From: Candidatus Moraniibacteriota bacterium
Lineage (GTDB): Bacteria; Patescibacteriota; Minisyncoccia; Moranbacterales; DUUL01
NCBI GenBank assembly: GCA_027008775.1
Contig: JALVDV010000003.1
Coordinates: 12,340 to 76,339 of the forward strand
Direction: 5' to 3'
Length of the DNA stretch: 64,000 bases
The first letter of the stretch is position 1, and every line of letters begins with the position of its first letter. Below the pieces are notes generated by a model. That model worked only from the letters and a program-made list of their open reading frames with translations, was not told the origin of the DNA and searched no databases. The translations under genes and the position numbers were made by a program. Of the stretch, positions 39,738-49,757 are shown piece by piece.

Positions 39738-40488
39738 CTTTCTCTGTAAATATCCAAAAAGCCCTAAAAATTAACAAACCCAAACCGGCAAAAAGCAACG
39801 GCACCACCAGTAAACCGTAAGATCCGGAAACCAAAACATCAAAAAGAGTGTGAATGCCCACCGGAATAATTACCGCCAAAAATAAATAATAAATCTTTTT
39901 CAGCAAACCATCTGCCAACCAAGCATCCACTAAAAATGATCCCAACAAGCCCGAGTAAATAATATGCGCCGAGGTGGACAATAAAAACCTCAACAAAACT
40001 ATCGGCAACAACTTCAAAAGTCCCACTTGCACAAAATTATTGGCAAAATAAACTCCGTTTTCTGTCACCCCAAAAGCCAAGCCAATCAACACACCGGCTA
40101 GCAATCCGGGATTAATCTTCAAGTTTTTCAAACGAGGTGATTTGGCAAAAGAACGCAAAACTAGCATAATTCCCAAACCTTTGGAAAATTCTTCCACTAA
40201 AGCCACAAACAACATCGGCATTACCAATGTGCTGACCAAATAATTCTTGGAAAAAAACTGAACATTCTGCGCCCAAATAGAAAAATAGTTCAGATTTTGT
40301 TGATAATTTATAATTTGAATAACACTGGCCGGCACTGCTGTTAACACCCCCCAAAAAAAAGCAGTCAAAAGAAGCTTAACACCAATTCCTTTATTTTTTC
40401 TAGACATTTTCAACAGCAACCAAGAAATAACAATCGCCGGCAAAATACCTATGGCCGCCGCTATAACAATGATTCTGTAAGCAATCAT
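39727..40488 (-). CDS. PrsW family intramembrane glutamic protease
   Basis: EEFSK, FGVTEN, AH, HTLFD motifs. Confidence 0.88.
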   Translation of the reverse strand: MIAYRIIVIAAAIGILPAIVISWLLLKMSRKNKGIGVKLLLTAFFWGVLTAVPASVIQIINYQQNLNYFSIWAQNVQFFSKNYLVSTLVMPMLFVALVEEFSKGLGIMLVLRSFAKSPRLKNLKINPGLLAGVLIGLAFGVTENGVYFANNFVQVGLLKLLPIVLLRFLLSTSAHIIYSGLLGSFLVDAWLADGLLKKIYYLFLAVIIPVGIHTLFDVLVSGSYGLLVVPLLFAGLGLLIFRAFWIFTEKDGK

Positions 40489-40646
40489 TTAAAATACAGA
40501 AAAAATTTAAACCAGGTCACTGATTTTTTAAATTCAGCCTGCAAATCTTAATTCAAACACCACCCGGATACTCAACAAGCAATAAAATAAATCGGGATAC
40601 GTCTCCAGCAAAAATTATTATAGCATTGCTGAGAAAACAAAGAAAG

Positions 40647-42281
40647 TCAGAGTTGACTGTTTATGTCCTCGGGAAAATTCTTCTTAACAAAAATTTTTCG
40701 CCAAAGAACCTCCAACAAATCTTTTAATTCCTCAATTTTTAGTAACCAAGCAATCAAAACAAAAACGACCAATCCAGACACGACCGATAACAACAACTGG
40801 GTCAATACTCCCCAGAAAGTGTAACCACTACCAAAAGGCTCGGCTCCCACCAATTGTTTAACCAGTTGCGCCACCGTTAGCATCGCCAAAGTTGCCAAAA
40901 GAAGTTTCCAAGAAAAATCTTTCCAGGAAACCACTCCTCTCACAACCAATTTCGGCTTCAACCAAGCAAACAACAAAATAGCATTTAAAACACTGGCCAG
41001 AGAAAAAGCCCAAACCAAACCTAAAACTCCAAGCGTTTTTGCTAGCCAAACAGCCACAACAACATTAAAAACTCCGGCTAAAAGTCCGGCCAAAAAAGGA
41101 ATCCTGGTATTGTGCATCGCATAAAAAGCTCTGGCCAAAAGCGGAATAAGACCCTGCGCCCAAAGTGACAGAGCAAAAATTCCCAAAGCGGTGAAAGTCA
41201 AATAAGTATCCTGCCAATCAAATTTACCGGCCCCCAAAACCACTCGGACAATTTGCGCCCGAACCACAAAGACCAATGCTGACGCCGGAATTATAAAAAA
41301 CAGAATTTTACGCATCGTTAATAATAGCCTCCGACCAAACTCCTCCCTCCTTCCTTCTCCCCACAATCCCGCTAAGACAGGAAAAGAGGCAATAGAAAAA
41401 GAAATACCGAACAAACTCAAAGGCACGCTCTCCAAGTTATTGGCCAAATTGAAAATAGCCAGACTACCGGAAGTTAAAGTTGAAGCAATGGTGACAATAA
41501 TCAACAAATTTAACTGAGCAGTGGCAATTCCCAATGTCCTGGGAATCATTAGAGCTAATATTTTCCTTAAATTTTTATTGCGCCAATCAAGATTAAACCT
41601 AAATTTTAAACCACAACGCACCACTTCCGGAAGTTGAACAAATAAATGTAAAAACGCCCCCAGAACAACTCCCCAAGCCAGACCCAAGACACCCATTTTA
41701 TCAACTAAAACTGTTGCGCCCAGAATAATTCCCAAATTATAAAAAATCGGCGCCAAAGAATAGAAGAAGAATTTCTTGTAGGAATTCAGAATTCCGCCCA
41801 GAATTCCGGAAATCCCCAACAAAAAAGGACTCAGCAACATCACCCTGGTCATTCCTACAGCCAACTGTTTCTTTTCTTCATTATAGCCAAAAACAACCAA
41901 GCCGACCAACTGATCGGCAAAAACAAAAAACAAGAACGATAAGAAAAGAACCATCAAGGAACCGATTGAAATAATAGCATTTACCAAATCCCAAGCCTCT
42001 TTTTCTTTTTTTCTAGCCAACAAAGAAGAAAAAACGGGAATAAAAGCCGCCGATAAGGCGCCCAAAATAAACAAATTGTAAATCAAATCGGGAATCTTAA
42101 AAGAAGCGTAATAAATGTCCAAGACATCTCCGGCTCCAAATTTGGCCGCTAAAATTCTGTCCCTCAACAATCCAAGAATCTTGCTGGTCAAACCCATCAC
42201 GGCAATCAAGATTGCCGACTTGGTGATAGAATTGGAAACTTTTTCTCCTTTAAAAAAATTGTACGCCAGCTTCTTTATCAT
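40647..42281 (-). CDS. murJ: lipid II flippase
   Basis: SKILGLLRD, F.IPD, GALSAAFIPVF. Confidence 0.94.
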   Translation of the reverse strand: MIKKLAYNFFKGEKVSNSITKSAILIAVMGLTSKILGLLRDRILAAKFGAGDVLDIYYASFKIPDLIYNLFILGALSAAFIPVFSSLLARKKEKEAWDLVNAIISIGSLMVLFLSFLFFVFADQLVGLVVFGYNEEKKQLAVGMTRVMLLSPFLLGISGILGGILNSYKKFFFYSLAPIFYNLGIILGATVLVDKMGVLGLAWGVVLGAFLHLFVQLPEVVRCGLKFRFNLDWRNKNLRKILALMIPRTLGIATAQLNLLIIVTIASTLTSGSLAIFNLANNLESVPLSLFGISFSIASFPVLAGLWGEGRREEFGRRLLLTMRKILFFIIPASALVFVVRAQIVRVVLGAGKFDWQDTYLTFTALGIFALSLWAQGLIPLLARAFYAMHNTRIPFLAGLLAGVFNVVVAVWLAKTLGVLGLVWAFSLASVLNAILLFAWLKPKLVVRGVVSWKDFSWKLLLATLAMLTVAQLVKQLVGAEPFGSGYTFWGVLTQLLLSVVSGLVVFVLIAWLLKIEELKDLLEVLWRKIFVKKNFPEDINSQL

Positions 42282-42306
42282 AACCCCCTAAGCAAAATTA
42301 CTTGTT

Positions 42307-42594
42307 TTATTTCTTTTTATTTTCTAAGTCTTGTTCCTTAGCTTCTTCGCCACCTTTTTCAAGCGCCGCGCCTTTAGCCAAACTATCATTTAAGACTTTC
42401 AAAAATTCCTCTCCATCAACTCCAAACTCATTGATGATGTCACCCAGGCTTTCATAACTGGCCGCTATGCAACCGGCGCAAGGCAAACCATACTCGGCAA
42501 AAATCTCCACCGCCCCCGGAACAGTTTGGACCACTTCCATAATATTTGATTCTAAAGTAATCCGGTTATTTTTATCTTTTTTCATTTTGTTCAT
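42307..42594 (-). CDS. DUF1858 domain (CxGC) protein
   Basis: EIFAEYGLPCAGCIAA..ESL. Confidence 0.8.
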   Translation of the reverse strand: MNKMKKDKNNRITLESNIMEVVQTVPGAVEIFAEYGLPCAGCIAASYESLGDIINEFGVDGEEFLKVLNDSLAKGAALEKGGEEAKEQDLENKKK

Positions 42595-42678
42595 TTCCTA
42601 ATCAATTTAAAAATTTAAGAAGGATTCAACCCTGATAAAATAATATAATTTTCAAAACAAAGCAACCGCGCAATAATA

Positions 42679-43236
42679 TCATTTTCCACTAATTTTGGCC
42701 ATCATTTCATTAATCTGCCGATAAGTCTCCTCTAACTCACCACCATTGTCAATCACAAAATCGGCGTATTGTTTCAACAAAGGCACATCTTTGTCCGCCG
42801 GTCGCTGATGATCTTTTTTAAATTCTGCAAAAGTCTTGGAATTGTCATCTGTTTTTTCTCCCCGCTTAATCAATCTCTCATAAGATACCTCCAATGGCGC
42901 TTCCACAAACACAAAAATAAAATCATCTATTTTATTTTTAAAATAATCCAATTCCGCCTTTTTTCTAATACCATCAAAAACAACCAATTCCGCTTCTTTT
43001 TTTTGAATGTCTTGCTCCAAAACTCTGGACAAAATATCCTTACCGAAAGCATTACGCAAAGCCTCAGCTAATCCGGCTAAATTTTGCCGCTCATTAGGCA
43101 AATAAAGCCTGTCTAAAACATCCTTTAAAATATTAGTATAAGCCACCGCTTCCGCCCCGTATTTCTCAATCAAATATCTTGTGATTGTTCCTTTGCCGGC
43201 GCCAATATTTCCGGCGATTCCAATTACTTTTTTCAT
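42679..43236 (-). CDS. P-loop NMP/dephospho-CoA-kinase-like protein
   Basis: GNIGAGKGT, DGIR, ADFVIDNGG. Confidence 0.8.
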   Translation of the reverse strand: MKKVIGIAGNIGAGKGTITRYLIEKYGAEAVAYTNILKDVLDRLYLPNERQNLAGLAEALRNAFGKDILSRVLEQDIQKKEAELVVFDGIRKKAELDYFKNKIDDFIFVFVEAPLEVSYERLIKRGEKTDDNSKTFAEFKKDHQRPADKDVPLLKQYADFVIDNGGELEETYRQINEMMAKISGK

Positions 43237-43592
43237 TGTTTTAATTTTAGCTATCTAGTTATTAACCAAACGAAAGAAAATTAAAAATCAATTTTTATCC
43301 TTTTCTCGCGACATCCACCTTTTTGCCACTTCTACTACACCCTAACAATAGTTTTCTCTCTGTCAACTTTTGCCCTGCTCTCCCGACAACTTATTTTATT
43401 ATTTTCATTGAAAAAGCACAAACATACACTCTCCTCTGTTTATTGATTCGCCAGACAGTAAAAAAACCAGCTTTCACAGTCTTACAAAATTAAATCCTTG
43501 CCAACAATATAAACATGCAACAAATGCTAATTACAATACGTTGTCAGCTCCTACAAAAACATCAATCCCTCAAATTAACTTATCTTTTAAAG

Positions 43593-44261
43593 CTATTCCT
43601 CACCGGCAATCTCCTTTTCCAATCGCTCTAAAAATTCTTTAAAAAACGCTAGCCTTTTTCTGGCCATTTCCCTGGCTTTCTCAGTATACAATCTATCAAC
43701 CACAAATTTCAATTTTGTTTCAAACTCTATTTGCGGACTGTGTTTTGTTTTATCCTTGATTCTTCCCTTGAGCTTCCCTCCCAAATTTTCCTCAGCATAC
43801 TTTTCAATGTCAACGTCACTGTAAATTTTGGCCTTATTTTTCCCCACCCAAACAAAACTTCTCGCCACTCCTATCGCCCCCAGGGCATCCAGTTTGTCCG
43901 CATCAAATAAAATTTGCGCTTCCCTGCTCTTTGCTCTGCAACCTGTCCTGTACCGATGAGAAACTATACATTCTTGAACATGCCTTACCTGCTTTTCTGA
44001 AAAATCCAATTTCCGCAAAATGGGTCCCGCCATTTTCGCTCCCAAGACCGCATGATCGGTTTTTCCGGAAGAATCTTTATCCTCTTTAACTCTGGCAATA
44101 TCGTGCAGTAAAGCCGCCGCCCGCAACACGTCTTTATCAATATCGTCGCCTTTCGCCAATCGCAAAGCCAAATTATAAACTCGCAACACGTGCTCCATAT
44201 CGTGCGCTGAACAGGAAAGCTCTTTGGCCACAATTTCTTTGATTTTTTGAAACCTAGACAT
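43593..44261 (-). CDS. HD domain phosphohydrolase
   Basis: HDMEH, LLHDI, DADKLDALGAIG. Confidence 0.9.
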   Translation of the reverse strand: MSRFQKIKEIVAKELSCSAHDMEHVLRVYNLALRLAKGDDIDKDVLRAAALLHDIARVKEDKDSSGKTDHAVLGAKMAGPILRKLDFSEKQVRHVQECIVSHRYRTGCRAKSREAQILFDADKLDALGAIGVARSFVWVGKNKAKIYSDVDIEKYAEENLGGKLKGRIKDKTKHSPQIEFETKLKFVVDRLYTEKAREMARKRLAFFKEFLERLEKEIAGEE

Positions 44262-45237
44262 TCAAATTCTTTTTAATTATCGTATCCAAAAAATCGCTCA
44301 ATTTCCACCCGGCCGCTCGCAACTCTTGCGGATATAAAGATGTCTCCGTCATACCGGGCAAAGTATTTACTTCCAGCACGTATAAACCCTTTTCCTCGTT
44401 AAAGATAAAATCTGTCCGGGAATAATCAGCCAAACCCAATACCTTGTGAACTCGCGCAGCTGTCCGTTGAATTTCCTTGGCCAAGTTTTCATCCTCAATC
44501 ACCGCCGGACAAATCTCCTCCACCGCATTTTCATACTTGGCTTCAAAGTCAAAAAATTCCTTTTGAGGAATAATCTCCACAATCGGCAACGGCTCAATTT
44601 GACCGGCTTTTTGTTCCAAAACACCACAAGTGAATTCCTTTCCCTCAATATACTCTTCCACCAAAGCCTCATTGCCAATCTCAAAAATCTCTCGCAAAGC
44701 TTGAGCCAATTCCTCAGCCGAGTCGCAAATAAAAACACCAAAGGAAGATCCGGACTCACTAGCTTTGGCCACCACTTTTTTCCCCTGAAATTTTTCCACA
44801 ATATTCACCGCTTCCTCATTCAAATTTCCAATCTTAGACCTTTCCAAAGACAAAAACGGTGGCGTTTTAATACCGCTTTTTTCAAACACCCATTTGCTGG
44901 CAATCTTAGAAAAAGATAATTGCGAAGATTTTGCCGAAGAGCCAACAAAATTAATCCTCTCTTTTTCTAAGACACTTTGCACCTGACCATCCTCTCCGTA
45001 AGAACCATGCAAAACCGAAAAAACTATGTCAACCCTGCCCTTTAAATCCCGCGGAATAATTTCTTTTCCTTCCAAAAACCACCGACCATCCTTGGCAACA
45101 AAAATGTCCACAATTTCATACTTACCCGAGTCCAAATTATTCTTGATTGTCTTGCCGGAATTCAAAGAAACATCATGTTCCAAAGAAACACCTCCACTCA
45201 ACACCCCCACTCTTATTTTCTTTGATTCATTTGCCAT
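44254..45237 (-). CDS. ddl: D-alanine--D-alanine ligase
   Basis: GG.S.EH.VS, LHG..GEDG, GSS.G, LEVNTLPGMT. Confidence 0.94.
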   Translation of the reverse strand: MANESKKIRVGVLSGGVSLEHDVSLNSGKTIKNNLDSGKYEIVDIFVAKDGRWFLEGKEIIPRDLKGRVDIVFSVLHGSYGEDGQVQSVLEKERINFVGSSAKSSQLSFSKIASKWVFEKSGIKTPPFLSLERSKIGNLNEEAVNIVEKFQGKKVVAKASESGSSFGVFICDSAEELAQALREIFEIGNEALVEEYIEGKEFTCGVLEQKAGQIEPLPIVEIIPQKEFFDFEAKYENAVEEICPAVIEDENLAKEIQRTAARVHKVLGLADYSRTDFIFNEEKGLYVLEVNTLPGMTETSLYPQELRAAGWKLSDFLDTIIKKNLNV

Positions 45238-45292
45238 ACTTCTGAATTTATCGCAAAATTAAAACTCTCAACGCCTCTTCTAAAGAAAACAA

Positions 45293-45622
45293 TTATCGAT
45301 CATCTCCATCTCCATTAATAACCCCTCTTTCTAAACGACTGTATAATTTTTCAATATTTTTTTGTGCTATTTCATCCAAATTTAAGCCAAGTTCCGTAGC
45401 TAACTGAGAAAGATACCACAGCACATCACCCAATTCTTTCTGCACACTCTCCCTAAAACCATCGTCAATAATTCCATCTTTATCTCTAATTAGTTTTTTA
45501 ATTTTTTCCGCTACCTCACCCGCCTCTCCAACTAAACCCAGAGTCGGATAAATAAAATTATTGTCTTTATTCGGATACAGGGCTGTCTTCCTTGACTTTT
45601 CTTGATACTCTTGAAAATTCAT
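45293..45622 (-). CDS. MazG-like nucleotide pyrophosphohydrolase
   Basis: GLVGEAGEVAEKIKK, ELGDVLWY. Start trimmed to ATG 45622. Confidence 0.9.
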   Translation of the reverse strand: MNFQEYQEKSRKTALYPNKDNNFIYPTLGLVGEAGEVAEKIKKLIRDKDGIIDDGFRESVQKELGDVLWYLSQLATELGLNLDEIAQKNIEKLYSRLERGVINGDGDDR

Positions 45623-45856
45623 AAACAAATTTTTAATTCTTAATCTATAAAACACAATAGAAGGCATAACAATAAGAAGAATATCAGGCAAACCAACATT
45701 TTGTATCAAGCTTCTTTCAAAACTCCAAATCTGGTAGAAACAATAATTTTCCTCAATAATTCTCCTCAATATCAGCTTTCACACAAACACAAAATCCCAC
45801 CAAACTAAACCTCCACATCAACATCACCAAACATTTTCCCAACTCCCAACCATCAC

Positions 45857-45886
45857 TTACTACCATATTACGTAATATAGTAGTAA
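45857..45886. promoter_or_regulatory. palindrome TTACTACCATATTACGTAATATAGTAGTAA downstream of the TrpR-like gene
   Basis: One mismatch in the core relative to the 14614 and 46395 copies. Confidence 0.85.
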
Positions 45887-45945
45887 AAACAACGGCAGGG
45901 AAAACAACGACAGTGGCGCTGGTCAATTATCACAATAACAACATA

Positions 45946-46383
45946 CTACAACGATAATAAATCTTTCAAAAATCTGTATTGAGGATAACGATCTAACAAA
46001 CCTTCATTGTATCTGACACTGCTTCCTTTTCGGCCACCTTTCTCCTTCGGCCATCTTTTTATCATTACTTTTTTATAAGCTTCATCTCTTTCGTGTAACC
46101 ATCTATCCACTTTTGAAATAGTTCCGAATCCAACACCAATTTTCTGTCTGATATCATCAAAAGTATCTCCATCAATGATACACTTGGCTATTTGCAGTCT
46201 TCTCGCCAACATAAGTGATTCGCTGGGAGTCAGGAGACCGACAAATAAATCAATTATTTCCTGTTTGGTTCTCAAATTGGAAATTAAACCAAAGAAATCA
46301 CCGATAATTTTACGTCTTTTTTCTATGGGTATATTTTTTGGTTTTACCTTAGCCATATATTTTTGATACTTTTTATGTTCCAA
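45946..46383 (-). CDS. TrpR-like (YerC/YecD family) HTH protein
   Basis: LLTPSE..MLARRLQIA and I....GVGFGTISKV.R.L; AGGAG SD before TTG. Confidence 0.88.
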   Translation of the reverse strand: MEHKKYQKYMAKVKPKNIPIEKRRKIIGDFFGLISNLRTKQEIIDLFVGLLTPSESLMLARRLQIAKCIIDGDTFDDIRQKIGVGFGTISKVDRWLHERDEAYKKVMIKRWPKEKGGRKGSSVRYNEGLLDRYPQYRFLKDLLSL

Positions 46384-46394
46384 ATTACTCCTAT

Positions 46395-46426
46395 AATACT
46401 ACCATATTACGTAATATGGTAGTATT
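46395..46426. promoter_or_regulatory. perfect 32-bp palindrome immediately upstream of the TrpR-like gene SD
   Basis: AATACTACCATATTAC|GTAATATGGTAGTATT. Confidence 0.88.
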
Positions 46427-46460
46427 TAGATTTTGATTACATGTAAATATACTGGATGGA

Positions 46461-46530
46461 AATTTCTGAAAACTTTTGAAAATTTCTAAAAACTTTTGAG
46501 AACTTTTGAAAACTTTTTAAAACTTTTTAA
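46461..46530. repeat. 10-bp tandem repeat (AACTTTTGAA-like), 7 units
   Basis: aatttctgaa aacttttgaa aatttctaaa aacttttgag aacttttgaa aactttttaa aactttttaa. Confidence 0.85.
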
Positions 46531-46601
46531 ATAATTTCAAATAGTAATCCATAGCAATAACAGAAAATGGCAATCAGCGACATCACGATACGCACAGCGC
46601 C

Positions 46602-47288
46602 CTATTTTATCACTTCTCCAACTTTTTCCCAAACCATCTCCGCAATTTTTTCCCGACTGAGCAACTTCCCGTTGCGAGCACATCTAATATCAATCCAATT
46701 ATTTTGCTCTTTCACTAAATTCAAAGCGCTTCGTTTGGCATTTAATAAATGTTGCGGGTCACTTTCATGAGCATCTTTTTTCCCATCCAAATAGGCCTTT
46801 CGTTTTTTGGCATCTCCATTTTCCAACAATTGCAGACTCAATTTCAAAGGCACATTCAAAAAAACAATGGCATCCGGTTGCGGTATTTTAAAAATATCAA
46901 ACTCCATCACTTGCAACCATTTCAAAAATTCTCGCCTCTTTCGAGCGTCTTGAATTTTTCCTCCTTGATGAACTTGATTGGCGCTGGCATAACGGTCAGC
47001 AATAACCACAAAGCCATCTTCCAGCCATTTTTTAATTCTCTTACTGGATTCAAAACGATCAGCAGCGTACAAAACGGAAGCAATTTTCGGGTCCAATCCA
47101 ACAAAATCACCATGCTTTCCCGCCAAACACTCTCCGATAAACTTTCCAAAAAAATTATTATCATACTGTGGAAAGTCAATTGTTCTCACTCTAAATCCCT
47201 CTCGTCGCAATCGCTTGATCAACAAATCCGTTTGTGTTTTCTTGCCACTCCCATCTATTCCTTCTATCACAATTAATTTACCTTGCAT
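46602..47288 (-). CDS. tmk: thymidylate kinase
   Basis: IEGIDGSGK, YAADR, ADRY. The start could lie further upstream. Confidence 0.9.
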   Translation of the reverse strand: MQGKLIVIEGIDGSGKKTQTDLLIKRLRREGFRVRTIDFPQYDNNFFGKFIGECLAGKHGDFVGLDPKIASVLYAADRFESSKRIKKWLEDGFVVIADRYASANQVHQGGKIQDARKRREFLKWLQVMEFDIFKIPQPDAIVFLNVPLKLSLQLLENGDAKKRKAYLDGKKDAHESDPQHLLNAKRSALNLVKEQNNWIDIRCARNGKLLSREKIAEMVWEKVGEVIK

Positions 47289-47388
47289 CCTAGTATCTCT
47301 CTTCATCCTCCTCTGCGATTTCAATCTATTTTTCATTCGTCTTTTTTCTTTCATTTTTTACCCAAAACCGTGAAATTTTAAATTCAAC

Positions 47389-48735
47389 TTACTTTTTTTC
47401 CACAATATCCTGCTCTCCCCTCCGAACATCAAATCTATTTGACTCGTCGTCAATGTGAAGAACTAGACCATATTTACCAAACAGTTTTTTTAAACTGGTG
47501 ACCATTTTTAACATCTGTTCCACTAAAGTCGGATGCACAAACCTGGTGGAACGAAGCTCCACCAAATAAGTTAACGCCTTCAAATCTCCCACTACTCGAC
47601 AAGGAACTTGATAACCCATCGGGATGTAATATTGTTTAACAAATTTATCGGCCTTCAATTTTCCAATCAATTTCTTCTGTTCTCCTAAAAATTTCTCTGC
47701 CTCCTTTTTTAATTCTTCCGGCATCTGTTCCAAATACCATTTATGAAAACCATGTCGCATCGTCAATAAAGGCATTCGTTGAGCCACTGCTCGATGTCTT
47801 TGTAAATCCCGAAAAGAACCAAAGTCAAGCAAGAAATCATAACCGACCACTCCGGCAGTGGCAACGGAATTTGGCAATTCCGTTTTGGCCGGTCGTCTTT
47901 TTAGCTCCTGCTTGAATTCCGCCAAAACATCTTTATCCACCCCGTTAAATAGCAATTTAAACCCCTTCAATTTACTATTCTCAAAATAATATTTTTTCTG
48001 CATCAAATATTCATTATATTTCTCCGTCTTTTCATATCTTTTATGCCCAAAAGACTGGGGATACATTTTTCGCAACGCTTTTTCGGTTTTCTCAGCAATA
48101 TCCCGTACCTCCGCCAAAGGATGATGTCTCAACAACATTAACTCATCGGCAAATTGCCTAAAATTCATTCGCCATGCCACATTAGTCGTTGCTCCCGCCG
48201 GCAACCAACAACGAGTACTGTCAAAAGCTCGAGCGATAATCGCCTTTTCATAAATTTTTTCATTTTCACCTTCTTGACGAGGATGTTTTCTTCTAAGATG
48301 CTCTCGCATCGGCTCTTGAAGATGTAAATAAAAATCCCGCCAATTTTCCAATATCCTCTCGCCTGTCTTGGTCTTGGTGGGATTTAAAAAAATTTGTTTG
48401 GAAAAATCAACGTAACGAGTGGAGGCTTCCTGTCCGGAATACAGTCGCCAATCTTGAATGGCCTTTGCCGCCAACATTGAAACTCCTTCCACAAAAACCG
48501 TCGCGCTTCCACAATCACCAATTGATTTATGCCCGTAACCGACATAAAATTGCTCCATAAAATTCTCCGCCCCTTTTTCTTTTAAAACTTTTAAGTGATG
48601 TTTTATACCTCCGGTGGAACGAGAATGAAGGGCTTGCAACATTGCTTCCGCCTGCCCATCAATTTCCGCCCCATTATTCAAAACCAAAACAAAGCTCCCA
48701 TTTTGTTTTAATTTTTCCACACTATGTCCTTTCAT
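47389..48735 (-). CDS. thyX: FAD-dependent thymidylate synthase, long two-domain form
   Basis: YGHKSI, QEASTRY, RDLQRHR, ELRS motifs. Confidence 0.85.
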   Translation of the reverse strand: MKGHSVEKLKQNGSFVLVLNNGAEIDGQAEAMLQALHSRSTGGIKHHLKVLKEKGAENFMEQFYVGYGHKSIGDCGSATVFVEGVSMLAAKAIQDWRLYSGQEASTRYVDFSKQIFLNPTKTKTGERILENWRDFYLHLQEPMREHLRRKHPRQEGENEKIYEKAIIARAFDSTRCWLPAGATTNVAWRMNFRQFADELMLLRHHPLAEVRDIAEKTEKALRKMYPQSFGHKRYEKTEKYNEYLMQKKYYFENSKLKGFKLLFNGVDKDVLAEFKQELKRRPAKTELPNSVATAGVVGYDFLLDFGSFRDLQRHRAVAQRMPLLTMRHGFHKWYLEQMPEELKKEAEKFLGEQKKLIGKLKADKFVKQYYIPMGYQVPCRVVGDLKALTYLVELRSTRFVHPTLVEQMLKMVTSLKKLFGKYGLVLHIDDESNRFDVRRGEQDIVEKK

Positions 48736-48908
48736 TGTTTTATTTTTTAGTGCTTTTTATTTTGTAACAAAAAACTAGCTTTATAAACAAAAAGCTATCC
48801 CCCGGATAACTTTCATTCTACAACGTCCTTTCATAATCACACTCTAACACATCAATTTAAATTTTCCAAACACAAAGCTCTCCATTGTCATAAACAAAAA
48901 TTAAAAAA

Positions 48909-49469
48909 CTAAAAATTTTTATGCATACTCGACGGTTTCACCGTCTTATCACCATAGTACTTACTATTCAAACTTTTATCGCCATACGGACGCAAACAAG
49001 GCGATGACAATTTTTCAAAAGCCATCTGGGCAATAGGCATTTTATAATATAACTTAATTGGTAAAGAACCGGCATTAAAAAGTTCCAAAGTCATTTTTAA
49101 AGAATTGCCGGGATCCAAAAAGCCGGCCGTTGTATGCACAATCAACCCCAATCGCCCTAGAGAACTTTTACCCTCTAGACGAGCCACAAATTTCTCTGAC
49201 ACTCCGGTTTCTTCATAAACAAGAGCCAGAGCAAAGCTTCCCGGATGCAAAATAAATGATTTTTTATTATTGATGATTATTTTGGTCATCAAACCCTCGG
49301 CCGGCTTTTTAACGTCAATTACATGATTGTCAACCATATTAAAAACCATAAACTCTTTATCCAAACGCAAATCAACACTAGCCGGTTGAACCATTTTTTT
49401 ATTAAAGGGTTTAATAATAATTTCCCCCTTCCTCACCTCTTTGATGATATCTCTGTCTGAAAGTATCAT
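48909..49469 (-). CDS. dcd: dCTP deaminase
   Basis: ILSDRDI, QPASVDLRL, GKSSLGRLGL..H.TAGF.DPG. Confidence 0.95.
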   Translation of the reverse strand: MILSDRDIIKEVRKGEIIIKPFNKKMVQPASVDLRLDKEFMVFNMVDNHVIDVKKPAEGLMTKIIINNKKSFILHPGSFALALVYEETGVSEKFVARLEGKSSLGRLGLIVHTTAGFLDPGNSLKMTLELFNAGSLPIKLYYKMPIAQMAFEKLSSPCLRPYGDKSLNSKYYGDKTVKPSSMHKNF

Positions 49470-49757
49470 TTGTTTATTTTTATTTCATTTTAACCCTTTA
49501 TCAACATTCTATAAAATTATTTGCTTCCTCTTTGAAAGTAATAAACTGATTTTAAATTTTAAGCTTTAAATTTTAAATGAGTTTTAAATGATTGATTTTT
49601 AATGTTGAATGTATGATAACAATCTTTATCAAAAAAACTAAGGCTCAAAATCAAACATTTACTTAAAACTTAAAATTAACTCCACAGACTCTTGATCAGC
49701 GAATACCCACTCAGTCCATAGATTACTTCACAGACTTTAGGGACTTTATAAATTCCC

